64,000 bases of DNA, taken from the IMG/VR virus record IMGVR_UViG_3300025671_000038. One strand, given 5' to 3'. The notes below the pieces were generated by a model. That model saw only the letters and a list, made by a program, of their open reading frames with translations. It did not search any database and was not told the origin of the DNA. The position numbers were made by a program, and so were the translations under genes. This DNA comes from a virus. Numbering within the stretch: position 1 is the stretch's first letter; every line of letters begins with the position of its first letter. This document shows, in pieces, positions 1-10,101 of this stretch.

Positions 1-364
1 GGCCTACCCCTAATTTTCCCAGAATGGAATCAAGCATTTTGGTTTGCTTTAATGTTCTTGGAAATCCGTCTATGACTACCCCCTTCTCAAGATCCGCCTT
101 TCCTAGCTCCTTTCTTAACATTCTAGCCATGATTCGATCCGGTATGTAATCACCACCGGCTACAATTTTCTTCAGTTCTTCGTCTTTTGAATTTCGTATG
201 AGCTCTCCGGTGGAGATATGAGTAAATCCATTACCGGACTCCAATTTTTTAGAAATTGTTCCCTTACCAGATCCGGGAGGACCCATTATGATCAGGATTT
301 CCCCCTGCTTGTCCGGGATTTCTCTCTCGTTGATGAAATATTCGTAGCTTTTAACCTTATCCAT
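1..364 (-). CDS. adk: Adenylate kinase (5' part; runs off the left edge) with an N-terminal capsid-targeting-like peptide; not in the ORF track
   Basis: Manual translation from ATG at 364: MDKVKSYEYFINEREIPDKQGEILIIMGPPGSGKGTISKKL...HISTGELIR...GDFIPD...VIDGFPRTLKQ. P-loop GPPGSGKGT, HISTG and DGFPR are the adenylate kinase signatures. Confidence 0.9.
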   Translation of the reverse strand, partial: MDKVKSYEYFINEREIPDKQGEILIIMGPPGSGKGTISKKLESGNGFTHISTGELIRNSKDEELKKIVAGGDYIPDRIMARMLRKELGKADLEKGVVIDGFPRTLKQTKMLDSILGKLGVG

Positions 365-404
365 ACTAGAATAGTTGTTTTTTTATCTATATAGTCAAAT
401 TAGA

Positions 405-1010
405 CTATTTCTTTTCAAAATACCAGGTTCCGTACCATTCATTAGTTTTTGACACCTGGTATCCTCTGGATTCACAAAATTCATCTACCGCAGGATTTAC
501 CCCAAATACCCCGGAATAGCCATATTCATCATAAATATGCTTATCCTTCCCGTTCGGTAAAAATAATGGATCGTTATACCAGTCCATGTCGAGATAATCA
601 TGTCCCATGACCAATCCTCCCTTTCTTACCTTGGGGTACCAGAGATTTATATCCTCCTTGACAGAATCGTATGAGTGGTTAGCATCAATAAAAACAAAAT
701 CTAGGCTCTCGTCGGGAAATAGCTTATATGCCTGATCAGAAAATGCCCTTATCATAATAGCTCTCCTGCCGAATGGGGCCATTCTATCTACACATTCACT
801 GAGAATCATATAGGGTGAATGCTTACCGTGATTAGAAGAATCCGGATAATCTTCCTCGTCTAAACTCCTCCACACATCCACCATGTAGAGTTCACCTTCC
901 CACCTTTTCAGTATCTCCGCAGAGAATTCACCCTTAAGAGATCCGATCTCAGCTCCTACCTTATAACCCCTTTTTACGAAATACTCGTCTATTAAATCTT
1001 CCCTCTCCAT
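405..1010 (-). CDS. Class I SAM-dependent methyltransferase (Methyltransf_24-like)
   Basis: GAEIGSLKGEFS motif I; FVFIDANHSYDSVKEDINLWYPKVRKGGLVMGHDY is typical of this family. Confidence 0.8.
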   Translation of the reverse strand: MEREDLIDEYFVKRGYKVGAEIGSLKGEFSAEILKRWEGELYMVDVWRSLDEEDYPDSSNHGKHSPYMILSECVDRMAPFGRRAIMIRAFSDQAYKLFPDESLDFVFIDANHSYDSVKEDINLWYPKVRKGGLVMGHDYLDMDWYNDPLFLPNGKDKHIYDEYGYSGVFGVNPAVDEFCESRGYQVSKTNEWYGTWYFEKK

Positions 1011-1019
1011 TTACTCGTA

Positions 1020-1769
1020 TTATTTGAAAAACCCGCTATCGTAGACCTGTCGACGGGACTCCCACTTCTCCCGGTTGGAATATCCCTTTCTGGTCGATGA
1101 TATTTCATTGAGACCCAGTATATCCCGAGCTATTTCATAACTTTCCAGTGTTCCCCAATCCCTAGGATTTTTAAAGCTCTTATAATATCTCCATCCAGAT
1201 TTACAGATCCAACCGGAATAAAGATCCTGGTACCCCTGGGGGGTTCCGGTCGCAGATATTCCATTATTTTCCATGTCAAATCTTCCTATCTCAAAATGGG
1301 CATAAGTTTCAAGATCTTCCTCTTGGGAATTTATTAGCATCCCACTGTGCTTAAATATCCTTTCGATTTTGGACGAAAATTCTCCTTCAATCCCAAGATA
1401 AACCTGGCATTGCTTCTCCCTCATGTAAACCAAAGCTTGCTCAGCCCAACATTTGGCATCAGATAGAGATTCCGCGTGTAGATCTATTTTAACCTTCTTG
1501 CCACGAGGATCGTAAGATTCTTCACCTACCTTCATCATACCAAACTCTGAATCGCAGTAGTAAACCTCCACCTTTATATCACCAGCGAAGGACCGGAAAA
1601 AAGAGAACCACGTGTGTTGATGCATAACAACGCTTTCTAGTATTCCATATTCCTTCATGCCATGCATTCTTTCGCTAATTGTACATAGCAAAGTTTCCCC
1701 CGGAGGCACACCAGGGAAAGATCCTAGTGTTATTCTAAATCCTTTATTAAAATCTAAAGCTAGTCCCAT
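1020..1769 (-). CDS. Hypothetical protein resembling the N-terminal part of Aah/TibC-type (strand-loop-strand O-heptosyltransferase-like) glycosyltransferases
   Basis: KKVKIDLHAESLSDAKCWAEQALVYMREKQCQVYL resembles the recalled pattern RVxIxxxSxSLGDxxAWxPYxxxFxxxHxCxV, here degenerate. Start moved to ATG 1769, just after the upstream stop. Confidence 0.45.
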   Translation of the reverse strand: MGLALDFNKGFRITLGSFPGVPPGETLLCTISERMHGMKEYGILESVVMHQHTWFSFFRSFAGDIKVEVYYCDSEFGMMKVGEESYDPRGKKVKIDLHAESLSDAKCWAEQALVYMREKQCQVYLGIEGEFSSKIERIFKHSGMLINSQEEDLETYAHFEIGRFDMENNGISATGTPQGYQDLYSGWICKSGWRYYKSFKNPRDWGTLESYEIARDILGLNEISSTRKGYSNREKWESRRQVYDSGFFK

Positions 1770-1773
1770 TATC

Positions 1774-3360
1774 TTATTTTTTTCTAAGTACCCTATTCCC
1801 AATAACAAGAATATCTATCGTACCGTTTCTCAGATGACGAATGGCATGATGAGGATTATCTATTATGGGTTCCCCGTGACCGTTGAAAGAAGTATTTAGG
1901 ACCGCAGGTATACCAGTTTTTTTGTAGAATGCATTAATAACTTCCCAGAAGTACCCATTTGTTTCCTTATTAACCAATTGAGGTCTGGAAGTCTTATCCT
2001 CCCTATGGTAGCAAGCGGATATTTTATCCCTCCATTCGCTCTTAACAGTATAGCAAATAGTCATGAATTCAGAGGAATACTTAGACTTCCACCCGAATTC
2101 AAATAAATCTTCTGAAAACTCAGAGAGAACAGCAGGTGCAAAAGGCATAACCTGATTCCTTCCCAACCTTTCATTAAGTTTTGCGTGCATTTCTGGATCT
2201 GAGGGATTAACCAAGATGGACCTTGCACCCAGAGCTCTAGCACCATATTCGAATTTACCGTTGAATAGACCCACTATATCGCCCCGAACTATATGTGAAG
2301 CCAAATCATCCAGCGAAAGATCACTTTCATCCAAGTCGTCGTATTGGGAGATAGCTTCCGATATCTCTTCTTGGTTGTAGTCCAATCCATAAAAACAGTT
2401 ATCAAGCTTAAATGGATGTTTAATTTCGCCAAGGTCCCTGGCCATACATATAGCGGAACCTAGAGAAACCCCCTCGTCTCCCATTACCGGGACGACATAT
2501 ATCTCGTCTATAAGGTCTATCTCATTTATCTTCTGGTTCATCTTAACATTATGGAAAAGACCACCAGATAGCCCTATTTTTTTAGAATGCTCCGGATATT
2601 TATAACAAAGGTCCTTTATAAAGCGAACCATTATATTCTCAGTAACATCCTGTACAGCTCTAGCAAAATTCTGTCTACCTTCTTCAGAATCCAATATTCC
2701 TCTTTCTCTTACCTTGTTAAAAGCATAATTAGCAAAAAGATCCGTTCCAGCATTTTTTATTGAGAGAGAACCTGGCTCTTCATAAAAAATTATCTGGTTC
2801 ATTAGCGACTGAAGATACTCGTCATATCTTCCGTTAGCAGACATACCCATGACTTTGCCCTCATCTTGATGAGGTTTCCATCCAAGGATAGATGTTGCTT
2901 GAGTCCATAAGTTAGCTAACGATCCGAAAATATGGGAGGGCATAGAAAAAACCTGTTCCATTTTGCCATCCTCACATAACCAGACGTCTCCGTAGTTACC
3001 GTCCCCTCCACCATCGTAAGAAACCATCATACATTTTCCAGAAAATCCTGAAGTAAAATAAGTGGAAGCAGCGTGACATTCGTGATGTGGAAATTCTCTC
3101 ACTTGTCTGTCCCCGAGGTTATCTTTTATGAAGACATACGAGGTTGGAGTAGCAGTAGTCAGATAGTCTGCCTCGTCTATAGGCACTCCTGTAAAATCCT
3201 GTATTTTTTCCAAAGAAAGAGCGGGATAAGAAAAATCCGTATCCCCGCTCTTAACTCTGGTTATTCTCTCCTCCTGGATAGCTATCTTGATCTTCCCGTC
3301 TTCTATATAAACTATGGAAGCATCGTGAGCACCACCGTAAAAGCCATATATTTTGCTCAT
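1774..3360 (-). CDS. Carbamoyltransferase (NodU/CmcH/TobZ family)
   Basis: HDAS, EERITRVK, HHECHAAS, DGGGD, KVMG, SGGLFHNVKMN, GARALGARSIL, PFAP and LNTSFNGHGEPI motifs; both Kae1-like and YrdC-like halves present. Confidence 0.93.
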   Translation of the reverse strand: MSKIYGFYGGAHDASIVYIEDGKIKIAIQEERITRVKSGDTDFSYPALSLEKIQDFTGVPIDEADYLTTATPTSYVFIKDNLGDRQVREFPHHECHAASTYFTSGFSGKCMMVSYDGGGDGNYGDVWLCEDGKMEQVFSMPSHIFGSLANLWTQATSILGWKPHQDEGKVMGMSANGRYDEYLQSLMNQIIFYEEPGSLSIKNAGTDLFANYAFNKVRERGILDSEEGRQNFARAVQDVTENIMVRFIKDLCYKYPEHSKKIGLSGGLFHNVKMNQKINEIDLIDEIYVVPVMGDEGVSLGSAICMARDLGEIKHPFKLDNCFYGLDYNQEEISEAISQYDDLDESDLSLDDLASHIVRGDIVGLFNGKFEYGARALGARSILVNPSDPEMHAKLNERLGRNQVMPFAPAVLSEFSEDLFEFGWKSKYSSEFMTICYTVKSEWRDKISACYHREDKTSRPQLVNKETNGYFWEVINAFYKKTGIPAVLNTSFNGHGEPIIDNPHHAIRHLRNGTIDILVIGNRVLRKK

Positions 3361-3370
3361 TGTCTGATTT

Positions 3371-5863
3371 TTAAGATCCGCAAGCTAAACAATCATCCGG
3401 GTTGTCTAAACTGCAGGATAAGTCCGTTATAGTCTGGTTAGCAAGTTCCTTTAGCTCCTCGCTAGATTCGGAAGATAGTTTAGTAGCTTCCGAAGCTTCT
3501 TTTACCTGGATCTCTTTTTTCAATGTTTCGGTTGGGTTAGGTTTATTATACTTACTAGCATCAATACCAAGTCCAGAAAGAGCATCTACTGCAGCCTTAG
3601 TCCTTAAGTAATACATGCCTGTTTTGAGACCCAACTTCCAAGAATGGAAATGTGCAGCGGTTAGTTTAGCTGCATTCACACCCTCTATAAAGAGATTGAG
3701 AGACTGAGACTGGCAGATAAATTTACCTCTCTCCGCAGACATCTCGATTAGATCCTTCTGCTTTATCTCCCAAACCGTCTTGTAGATTTCTTTTATATCT
3801 TCAGGTATATTAGGTATATTCTGGATAGACCCCTTATGGATGATGATCATATTCTTCATATCCTCGTCCCAGAGATTGAGAGAAATTAAATCACTTACCA
3901 GATGCTTGTTTATTACTATGAATTCACCGCTTAAAGTTCTTCTCGTATAGATATTGGAAGTGAATGGTTCAAAAGCCTCATTGTTACCCATAATCTGAGC
4001 AGTAGATGCTGTTGGCATCGGAGCTAAGAGCAATGAATTTCTAGCTCCGTGCTTCATCACATCCTTTCGTAGCTTTTTCCAATCCCACCTTCCTGATAAC
4101 TCCTCATCCGTAAAATTCCAAAGATTAAACTGGAATTTTCCCTCGCTTAAAGGCGAACCTTCGAAGGTCTCATACGGACCAAGTTTTTTAGCAAGCGACA
4201 CAGAAGCAGACATAGCTGCGTAGTATATGGTTTCAAATATATCCGAGTTAATAGTTCTAGCCTCATCCGAAGAGAACGGTATTCCCATAAGAGCATAAAG
4301 ATCAGCCAGACCTTGTATACCTATACCTATAGGCCTATGTCTCATGTTGGATTTTTTAGTCTCTGGGGTCGGATAGAAATTAACATCTATAACCTTGTTT
4401 AGGTTAATAGCAGTTTGATAAGCTACATCATAAAGTAGATCGTGGTCTACCTCACACTTACCCCTAATAATCTTAGAAGTTCGGGCGTCCGTGGATTTAA
4501 GGAATTTATTTACCGCGATAGATGCAAGGTTACAAACAGCCTGCTCGTCCTTATCAGTGTATTCTATTATCTCAGTACAGAGATTAGAGGATTTTATGGT
4601 ACCAAGATTCTGCTGGTTAGACTTCCTGTTTGCAGCATCCTTGTAAAGTATATAGGGAGTGCCTGTTTCTATCTGAGACTCAACTATTTTTCCCCAAAGC
4701 TCGCGAGCACGAACAGTCTTTCTAGCCTTACCTGCTTTTTCGGCAGCTATGTATTTTTTGTTAAACTCTTCTCCGTAGACTTCATGTAGTCCAGGAACTT
4801 CTGATGGTGAAATCAAGGACCAGTTCTCATCCTTCTCCACCCTCTCCATGAATAGATCAGGAACCCAAAGGGCCAAGAACAAATCTCTGGCTCTTCTCTC
4901 TTCCTTTCCCGTGTTCTTTCTCAGCTCTAGAAAATCCTCAACATCAGCGTGCCAGGGTTCAAGGTAAATAGCGAAAGATCCTTTCCTTTTACCACCTCCT
5001 TGGTCAACGTATCTTGCGGTCTCGTTATAAACCTTGAGCATCGGAACAATTCCATTGGACTTTCCATTTGTCCCACGAATATAAGATCCGGTAGATCTTA
5101 CGTTGTGTATGGCTAATCCGATTCCACCAGCATTTTGGGAGATTAGAGCAACGTCTGATAATGTCTTATAAATCCCTGGGATTGAATCCTCACTCATGGT
5201 AAGTAGGAAACAAGAGGAAAGCTGGGGCTTCTTAGTCCCGGCATTAAATAAGGTCGGGGTTGCATGAGTCATCATATGGGTCGATAGGAGCTCATATGTT
5301 TTAATGGCATTTTTTATGTCACTACCCCATATCCCAACTGCAACTCTCATGTACATGTGTTGAGGTGTTTCCGAAGGGTTCCCGTGCATTTTCAAAAGGT
5401 AACTCTTCTCAAGAGTTTTAAATCCGAAGTATTCGAAGTTAAAATCTCGGTCGTGTATGATCGCAGAATCCAGCTTATTCTTATTTTTCTTGACAACCTC
5501 ATAGGTTTCGTCGCTGATCAGACCAGCAGGCTTGCCCGTTTCAGGATCTATGTAAGAATAAAGATCCTCTATCGTATCAGAGAATTTCTTTTTAGTTGTT
5601 TTGTGTAACCTTGAGACGGCTATTCTAGAAGCTAAGATGGAGTGATCTGGGTGGACCGGAATAAGAGAAGCAGCAGTTTCAGCTGCTAAGTTATCTAGTT
5701 CTCCCGTTGTAATACCATCATAAATCCCGGCGATAACCTTCTGGGATATCCCCATGGAATCCACAAAATCTGTATTTAGCCCATATGTCATTTTTCTTAC
5801 GCGATTAGATACCTTATCAAATCTAACCGCTTCGCTCGATCCGTCTCTTTTAGTTACGTACAT
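3371..5863 (-). CDS. nrdA: Ribonucleoside-diphosphate reductase class Ia, alpha subunit
   Basis: N-terminal ATP cone (VTKRDG), [39 protein letters not shown]-terminal CLACGS. Confidence 0.98.
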   Translation of the reverse strand: MYVTKRDGSSEAVRFDKVSNRVRKMTYGLNTDFVDSMGISQKVIAGIYDGITTGELDNLAAETAASLIPVHPDHSILASRIAVSRLHKTTKKKFSDTIEDLYSYIDPETGKPAGLISDETYEVVKKNKNKLDSAIIHDRDFNFEYFGFKTLEKSYLLKMHGNPSETPQHMYMRVAVGIWGSDIKNAIKTYELLSTHMMTHATPTLFNAGTKKPQLSSCFLLTMSEDSIPGIYKTLSDVALISQNAGGIGLAIHNVRSTGSYIRGTNGKSNGIVPMLKVYNETARYVDQGGGKRKGSFAIYLEPWHADVEDFLELRKNTGKEERRARDLFLALWVPDLFMERVEKDENWSLISPSEVPGLHEVYGEEFNKKYIAAEKAGKARKTVRARELWGKIVESQIETGTPYILYKDAANRKSNQQNLGTIKSSNLCTEIIEYTDKDEQAVCNLASIAVNKFLKSTDARTSKIIRGKCEVDHDLLYDVAYQTAINLNKVIDVNFYPTPETKKSNMRHRPIGIGIQGLADLYALMGIPFSSDEARTINSDIFETIYYAAMSASVSLAKKLGPYETFEGSPLSEGKFQFNLWNFTDEELSGRWDWKKLRKDVMKHGARNSLLLAPMPTASTAQIMGNNEAFEPFTSNIYTRRTLSGEFIVINKHLVSDLISLNLWDEDMKNMIIIHKGSIQNIPNIPEDIKEIYKTVWEIKQKDLIEMSAERGKFICQSQSLNLFIEGVNAAKLTAAHFHSWKLGLKTGMYYLRTKAAVDALSGLGIDASKYNKPNPTETLKKEIQVKEASEATKLSSESSEELKELANQTITDLSCSLDNPDDCLACGS

Positions 5864-5880
5864 TCTCTAATTTATTTTTT

Positions 5881-6861
5881 TTAAAAGTCCACATCCATAT
5901 CGAATGCGTTCTCCGAGGAATTCATGACCCCCGCTTTTTGATATTCACCAACTCTCTTCTCGAAAAAGTTAGTCTTTCCCTGTAGTGATATGTTTGTCAT
6001 AAAGTCAAATGGGTTATCGACATTAAAGACCTTAGAACATTTCAGATCAACCAGGAGCCTATCTGCAACAAATTCCAGATATTGCTTCATAAGATCCGAA
6101 TTCATACCGATCAATTTAACTGGCAAAGACTCAGTGATGAATTCTTTTTCTATCTCAAGTGCACTTAGGATAATCTCTTTTATTCTCTCCTCAGAAACCC
6201 TGTTATTCACGAAGTTATTATGGAGCATAACAGCAAAATCACAATGCATTCCTTCGTCCCTAGAAATCAGCTCGTTAGAGAAACTAAGTCCTGGCATTAA
6301 CCCTCTTTTCTTAAGCCAGAAAATGGAGCAGAAGGAGCCGGAAAAGAATATTCCCTCCACAGCAGCAAAGGCAATCAGTCTCTCCTGGAAATACTCGGAG
6401 TCTACCCACTTAAGTGCCCATTCAGCTTTCTTCTTTACCGCGGGAATAGTATCTATAGCATTGAAAAGCTTGGTCTTCTCCGCTGGATCTGTAATGTAGG
6501 TGTCTATTAGCAAAGAATAGGTTTCGGAATGGATGTTCTCCATCATTATCTGAAACCCATAGAAAAATTTAGCCTCCGTATATTGAACTTCACCAACAAA
6601 ATTCTCAGCGAGGTTCTCGTTAACTATCCCATCAGAAGCAGCAAAAAAGGCTAAAACATGCTTTATGAAGTGCCTCTCATTATCGTTCAGCTTATTTCTC
6701 CAATCATCTATGTCACTGGATAGATCAATCTCTTCAGCAGTCCAGATGCATGCTTGCTGTTTTTTATACATATCCCATATCTCCGGGTGCTCTATTGGAA
6801 AAATCACAAATCGATTTGGATTTTCCTGTAATATCGGTTCAGGCAACGAATATCCCTCCAT
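5881..6861 (-). CDS. nrdB: Ribonucleoside-diphosphate reductase class Ia, beta subunit
   Basis: [59 protein letters not shown] at 6861 preferred; TTG at 6870 is an alternative start. Confidence 0.97.
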   Translation of the reverse strand: MEGYSLPEPILQENPNRFVIFPIEHPEIWDMYKKQQACIWTAEEIDLSSDIDDWRNKLNDNERHFIKHVLAFFAASDGIVNENLAENFVGEVQYTEAKFFYGFQIMMENIHSETYSLLIDTYITDPAEKTKLFNAIDTIPAVKKKAEWALKWVDSEYFQERLIAFAAVEGIFFSGSFCSIFWLKKRGLMPGLSFSNELISRDEGMHCDFAVMLHNNFVNNRVSEERIKEIILSALEIEKEFITESLPVKLIGMNSDLMKQYLEFVADRLLVDLKCSKVFNVDNPFDFMTNISLQGKTNFFEKRVGEYQKAGVMNSSENAFDMDVDF

Positions 6862-6901
6862 TGGTATCAATTTTTAAGTTTTGTTTAATTGTTATTTGTT
6901 A

Positions 6902-7369
6902 TCAATAATTGTTCTGCTGTCTCCTTCTATTCTCCTCGTTTTTACTCATGTACATATTGTACATCTCCTGAGAAGTCATTCCAATGGATGCAGCATAGTT
7001 CATAAAGAAATGAAGCATATCAATTATTTCAAACTTACATTCAAGCTGGTCCGATTCGGACAGATCCTTGAATCGGATCTCTGAGTAATTTTTATACGCC
7101 TGCTTCCATCTTTTCCAGATTGCATTTCCGTCACCTTGTTTAATTCCTCCCAAGGCATCAGTAGCTTCGTGGATTTCATCAATCATCGCATGATTGTTCA
7201 TATGCCAAAAATCCATCAGCTCCCTGAGGGTCATGTCCTGAAAATTGTAGCCATAAACGTTCTTCTGTGTATCTGCTTGAAGTTCAAGAATTTCACCCAG
7301 AGTGTCGGAAGATTCGGAGTACAGATCCTTGATTTCTAGTTCTGCGCATGTGTTATCGATGTTTGCCAT
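6902..7369 (-). CDS. Dimeric all-alpha dUTPase/dCTPase (T4 gp56-like, MazG superfamily)
   Basis: DEIHEATD, WKRWK and EIIDMLHF motifs; lies next to nrdAB. Confidence 0.8.
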   Translation of the reverse strand: MANIDNTCAELEIKDLYSESSDTLGEILELQADTQKNVYGYNFQDMTLRELMDFWHMNNHAMIDEIHEATDALGGIKQGDGNAIWKRWKQAYKNYSEIRFKDLSESDQLECKFEIIDMLHFFMNYAASIGMTSQEMYNMYMSKNEENRRRQQNNY

Positions 7370-7415
7370 ATTTTTTTATTTGCTCTATTTTAAGCCCTTC
7401 CGACACCAGGTTTTT

Positions 7416-7423
7416 TATATATC
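7416..7423 (-). promoter_or_regulatory. GATATATA putative phage (late-type) promoter
   Basis: Intergenic, 47 nt upstream of the dUTPase ATG; recurring motif. Confidence 0.55.
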
Positions 7424-7460
7424 AAGTGGGTCTTCGGAGTGCGAGTATTTTTGAGATTTT

Positions 7461-8876
7461 CTACCCTAATTTTTTCAATTGTTTCTCCATCTGGTCGATT
7501 TCGATCTGGAGTTTTAACATCCGGTCCTTAGTTGCCTTTCTTTTGGCATAAAGATCCTTAATTATGGTCTTCAGAACTGGACTTTCTGAGTCTCCTCCAA
7601 AAACGGCTTTAGACGAGGTTCTAACCCAGCCATCCTTAACTTCCGATATGTTAACCCCCTCTTTACCTTTATAGACCTCCGGAGATATTCCCCATTGTAC
7701 AATAGTGTTTGGATACAGTGAAGCGAAGTCATAACAGGCTACCCATTCGTGAAGGCCCTTTATAGGCTCCTTCACATATCCACCTATAAATTTGACGTGA
7801 CTTTCCTCTTTCCTCTCGTTTACAAAAACCTGACCTCTCTCAAGGAATTTTCGAAGCATCATTACTTCAGTTGCCCACACCGGAGAAAGAGCCCTACTGA
7901 TCTCGACCCCATTGAGATTAGCAATCTTAAAGTACGTAAGCATGGTCTTGAGCTTTACGTCGATGTAATGGACAAGAGCACAGTCAATAACATTATAGAG
8001 GATAAATTTCGGAAAATCCGATTGGTACAAATCCCTCAGAGATCCATTATACACTATCTTTTTAAGACCTGTGGCTTTCTCTGCGACATAGTCAAGTCTA
8101 TTACTTTCTTTTATCTTTATTACCCTATCCCACTTCTTGTATATTTCCAGGTAGTCGACCATCAGGAGATGCATCGGAAGGTTATTCTTACCTATCAACC
8201 AATTAGCGGGGGATATTATCTTAGGATCTATGCCCAGTCTTTTGGCCCTGTTAACCAAATAAGGCCAGTCATAACCAAACCAGTTCCAACCTGTGATCAA
8301 AGACATCTTAGGTGCTAGGTTTTTGAAAAAAGTATAGAGCATATCATATTCGCTCTCGAATTGATGATATTTAAAGCTCCATTCGTCACCCATAGGAGCT
8401 AGATATTCATTCGTCCTCTTGTGTATATCCGCTTGCTGTTCGGATGTCAGAGGATCCAAAGCCAACATGATCGCATGACATTTATCAGTAGCTATACCTA
8501 TAGAAAGAACTCTATTTTTAGCTGAAGCCGTATCCAGGGAATCCCTCATTTCATCGGTCATCTCGACCTCAATATCGACAAAGTATTTCTTGGGGGTCTG
8601 GAATGAAAAGAGAGGCTTGGTTATTTCGGGGTCAGCTTCTTCCAATATCTGAACCATCCTATATTTGTCATATTTCTGGGATTTAACCTTTCTAACCGGA
8701 AATCCATCCCAGCTAACCCAATCCTCCTCTTTTCTCCTATCAGAGGGTGAGCATTTTTCCCAGATGAACCTTTCCTTTTCGGGAACAGGTACATCAACAA
8801 AAATAAGGCTCCCATCCTCAGAAAAGGTTGAAACCTTTAAGTAAGTTCCTTTATTTTCAACATCAACTATCATCAA
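7461..8876 (-). CDS. Family B DNA polymerase, N-terminal subunit only (3'-5' exonuclease, palm motif A and first fingers helix)
   Basis: ExoI DIEVE, ExoII GWNWFGYDWPYL, ExoIII YNVIDC, motif A YDFASLYPNTI, GISPE. Ends at 471 aa without motif B (KxxxNSxYG) or motif C (YGDTDS). Confidence 0.9.
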   Translation of the reverse strand: MMIVDVENKGTYLKVSTFSEDGSLIFVDVPVPEKERFIWEKCSPSDRRKEEDWVSWDGFPVRKVKSQKYDKYRMVQILEEADPEITKPLFSFQTPKKYFVDIEVEMTDEMRDSLDTASAKNRVLSIGIATDKCHAIMLALDPLTSEQQADIHKRTNEYLAPMGDEWSFKYHQFESEYDMLYTFFKNLAPKMSLITGWNWFGYDWPYLVNRAKRLGIDPKIISPANWLIGKNNLPMHLLMVDYLEIYKKWDRVIKIKESNRLDYVAEKATGLKKIVYNGSLRDLYQSDFPKFILYNVIDCALVHYIDVKLKTMLTYFKIANLNGVEISRALSPVWATEVMMLRKFLERGQVFVNERKEESHVKFIGGYVKEPIKGLHEWVACYDFASLYPNTIVQWGISPEVYKGKEGVNISEVKDGWVRTSSKAVFGGDSESPVLKTIIKDLYAKRKATKDRMLKLQIEIDQMEKQLKKLG

Positions 8877-8915
8877 ATATTAGATTTATTATCAGCCAAC
8901 CAGAATCGGTTAGAG

Positions 8916-8923
8916 GATATATA
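8916..8923 (+). promoter_or_regulatory. GATATATA putative phage promoter
   Basis: On the plus strand just upstream of the plus-strand ORF at 8931; orientation follows the gene. Confidence 0.6.
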
Positions 8924-8930
8924 GAAGTAT

Positions 8931-9254
8931 ATGAAAGCTAACATCAAAAGTTTCGAAGATTTCCTTCTCGAATATTACGTTTCAGAAGCTCCTGGAAGCG
9001 TTGTTGTCCCAGGAGAATGGTATAAGGATAGCGTTAACTCAAGGAACTATAGGCCTGCATATACGCAAATGCCCCAGGTAGTGGACGCAATGTTTCAAAC
9101 AACCGATCTATACAACTATCTGGACACGCTATCCGAGGAGGAAGAATTCAGCAAAATTGTAAAAGAAAACAATGGAAAGCCCAAACAGATAATCAAGTAC
9201 CTTAAGAGGAGGATAAACGAGGAGTTACTTCCGCAGCAAAAAGGAGAAAAATAA
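8931..9254 (+). CDS. Hypothetical protein with a capsid-targeting-like N-terminus (putative internal head protein)
   Basis: Begins MKANIKSFEDFLLE; GATATATA ends 7 nt upstream of the ATG. Confidence 0.65.
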   Translation: MKANIKSFEDFLLEYYVSEAPGSVVVPGEWYKDSVNSRNYRPAYTQMPQVVDAMFQTTDLYNYLDTLSEEEEFSKIVKENNGKPKQIIKYLKRRINEELLPQQKGEK

Positions 9255-9267
9255 GGACTGATCTAAA

Positions 9268-10101
9268 TTGGACATAATAAAACACCCGCTCGACCCCGGA
9301 GCATATTACCCGGATCCCAACTTCAAAGATTCTATTTTTATACACCACTCACGGAGTTATTATAGACCCGATTGGGTAATAGATAGCTGGGGTAGGGATA
9401 GGAAAGCATCAACGAATAAGATTCGCTCCGGTGCCTCTTATGTGATAGGGGGATTGGATCCGATCAATCGGAAAAATACACAGCATGACGGCAAAATACT
9501 AGAAGCATTCGGATCCGAGTATTGGGCACACCATCTATTTGTAAAAAACAAGAGTAACACCTTTCTAAACCAGAAAAGTATAGCTATAGAGCTATGCAAC
9601 TATGGGGAGCTTACAAGAACGGCCACCGGTGAATTCTTTACCAAGACAAGCGTAAAAATACCAGAAACCCAGGTGGAGACTTTAAAGGACCCGTTCAAGG
9701 GGGAAAGATATTTTCACGCATATAGTGAAAAACAGATTGAATCTCTTAGGTCATTAATACTATTCCTAGCTAAGAAGCACGAAATAGATATAAAGAGAGG
9801 ATTAATAAAGGAGATTGAGAGAAGCAACCTAGAACTACCGGATGGATTGTCCGTTATAGAGACTAAGAAGTGGCTAAATAAAAACGGAATAACCGACGTC
9901 AAGGGAAAAAAGCTTACCGAGAATAACTCCGATGACAGCAAATACTCACAGGCAATAGATTATCTACTTAGTAATCCATTCGATTTATCACCGCAAGCAA
10001 TGCAGGGATTCCAGGGTCTTTGGTCACATTCGAATATAAGGCCCGACATCAAAGATGCTTATCCCTCTACTATAATGTTGGAGATGCTCCGTTCCTTATA
10101 G
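9268..10101 (+). CDS. N-acetylmuramoyl-L-alanine amidase (Amidase_2 family), putative endolysin
   Basis: Zn-ligand pattern IFIHHS ... ASYVIG ... SIAIELCNYG ... LWSHSNIRPDIKDAYP. Confidence 0.85.
   Translation: MDIIKHPLDPGAYYPDPNFKDSIFIHHSRSYYRPDWVIDSWGRDRKASTNKIRSGASYVIGGLDPINRKNTQHDGKILEAFGSEYWAHHLFVKNKSNTFLNQKSIAIELCNYGELTRTATGEFFTKTSVKIPETQVETLKDPFKGERYFHAYSEKQIESLRSLILFLAKKHEIDIKRGLIKEIERSNLELPDGLSVIETKKWLNKNGITDVKGKKLTENNSDDSKYSQAIDYLLSNPFDLSPQAMQGFQGLWSHSNIRPDIKDAYPSTIMLEMLRSL

Noticed and set aside
7424-7463. Stop-codon recoding (TAG read-through) as an explanation of the short polB
   Set aside because: Reading through the TAG gives only 12 codons (KISKILALRRPT) before TGA. Long ORFs up to 1844 aa are intact in the standard code, and TAG/TGA end genes at sensible positions.
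1657-8815. Antisense or alternative-frame ORFs over the carbamoyltransferase, nrdAB, dUTPase and polB (e.g. 5990..6499+, 7749..8318+, 4442..4789+)
   Set aside because: They shadow well-supported genes and show no motifs or leaders.
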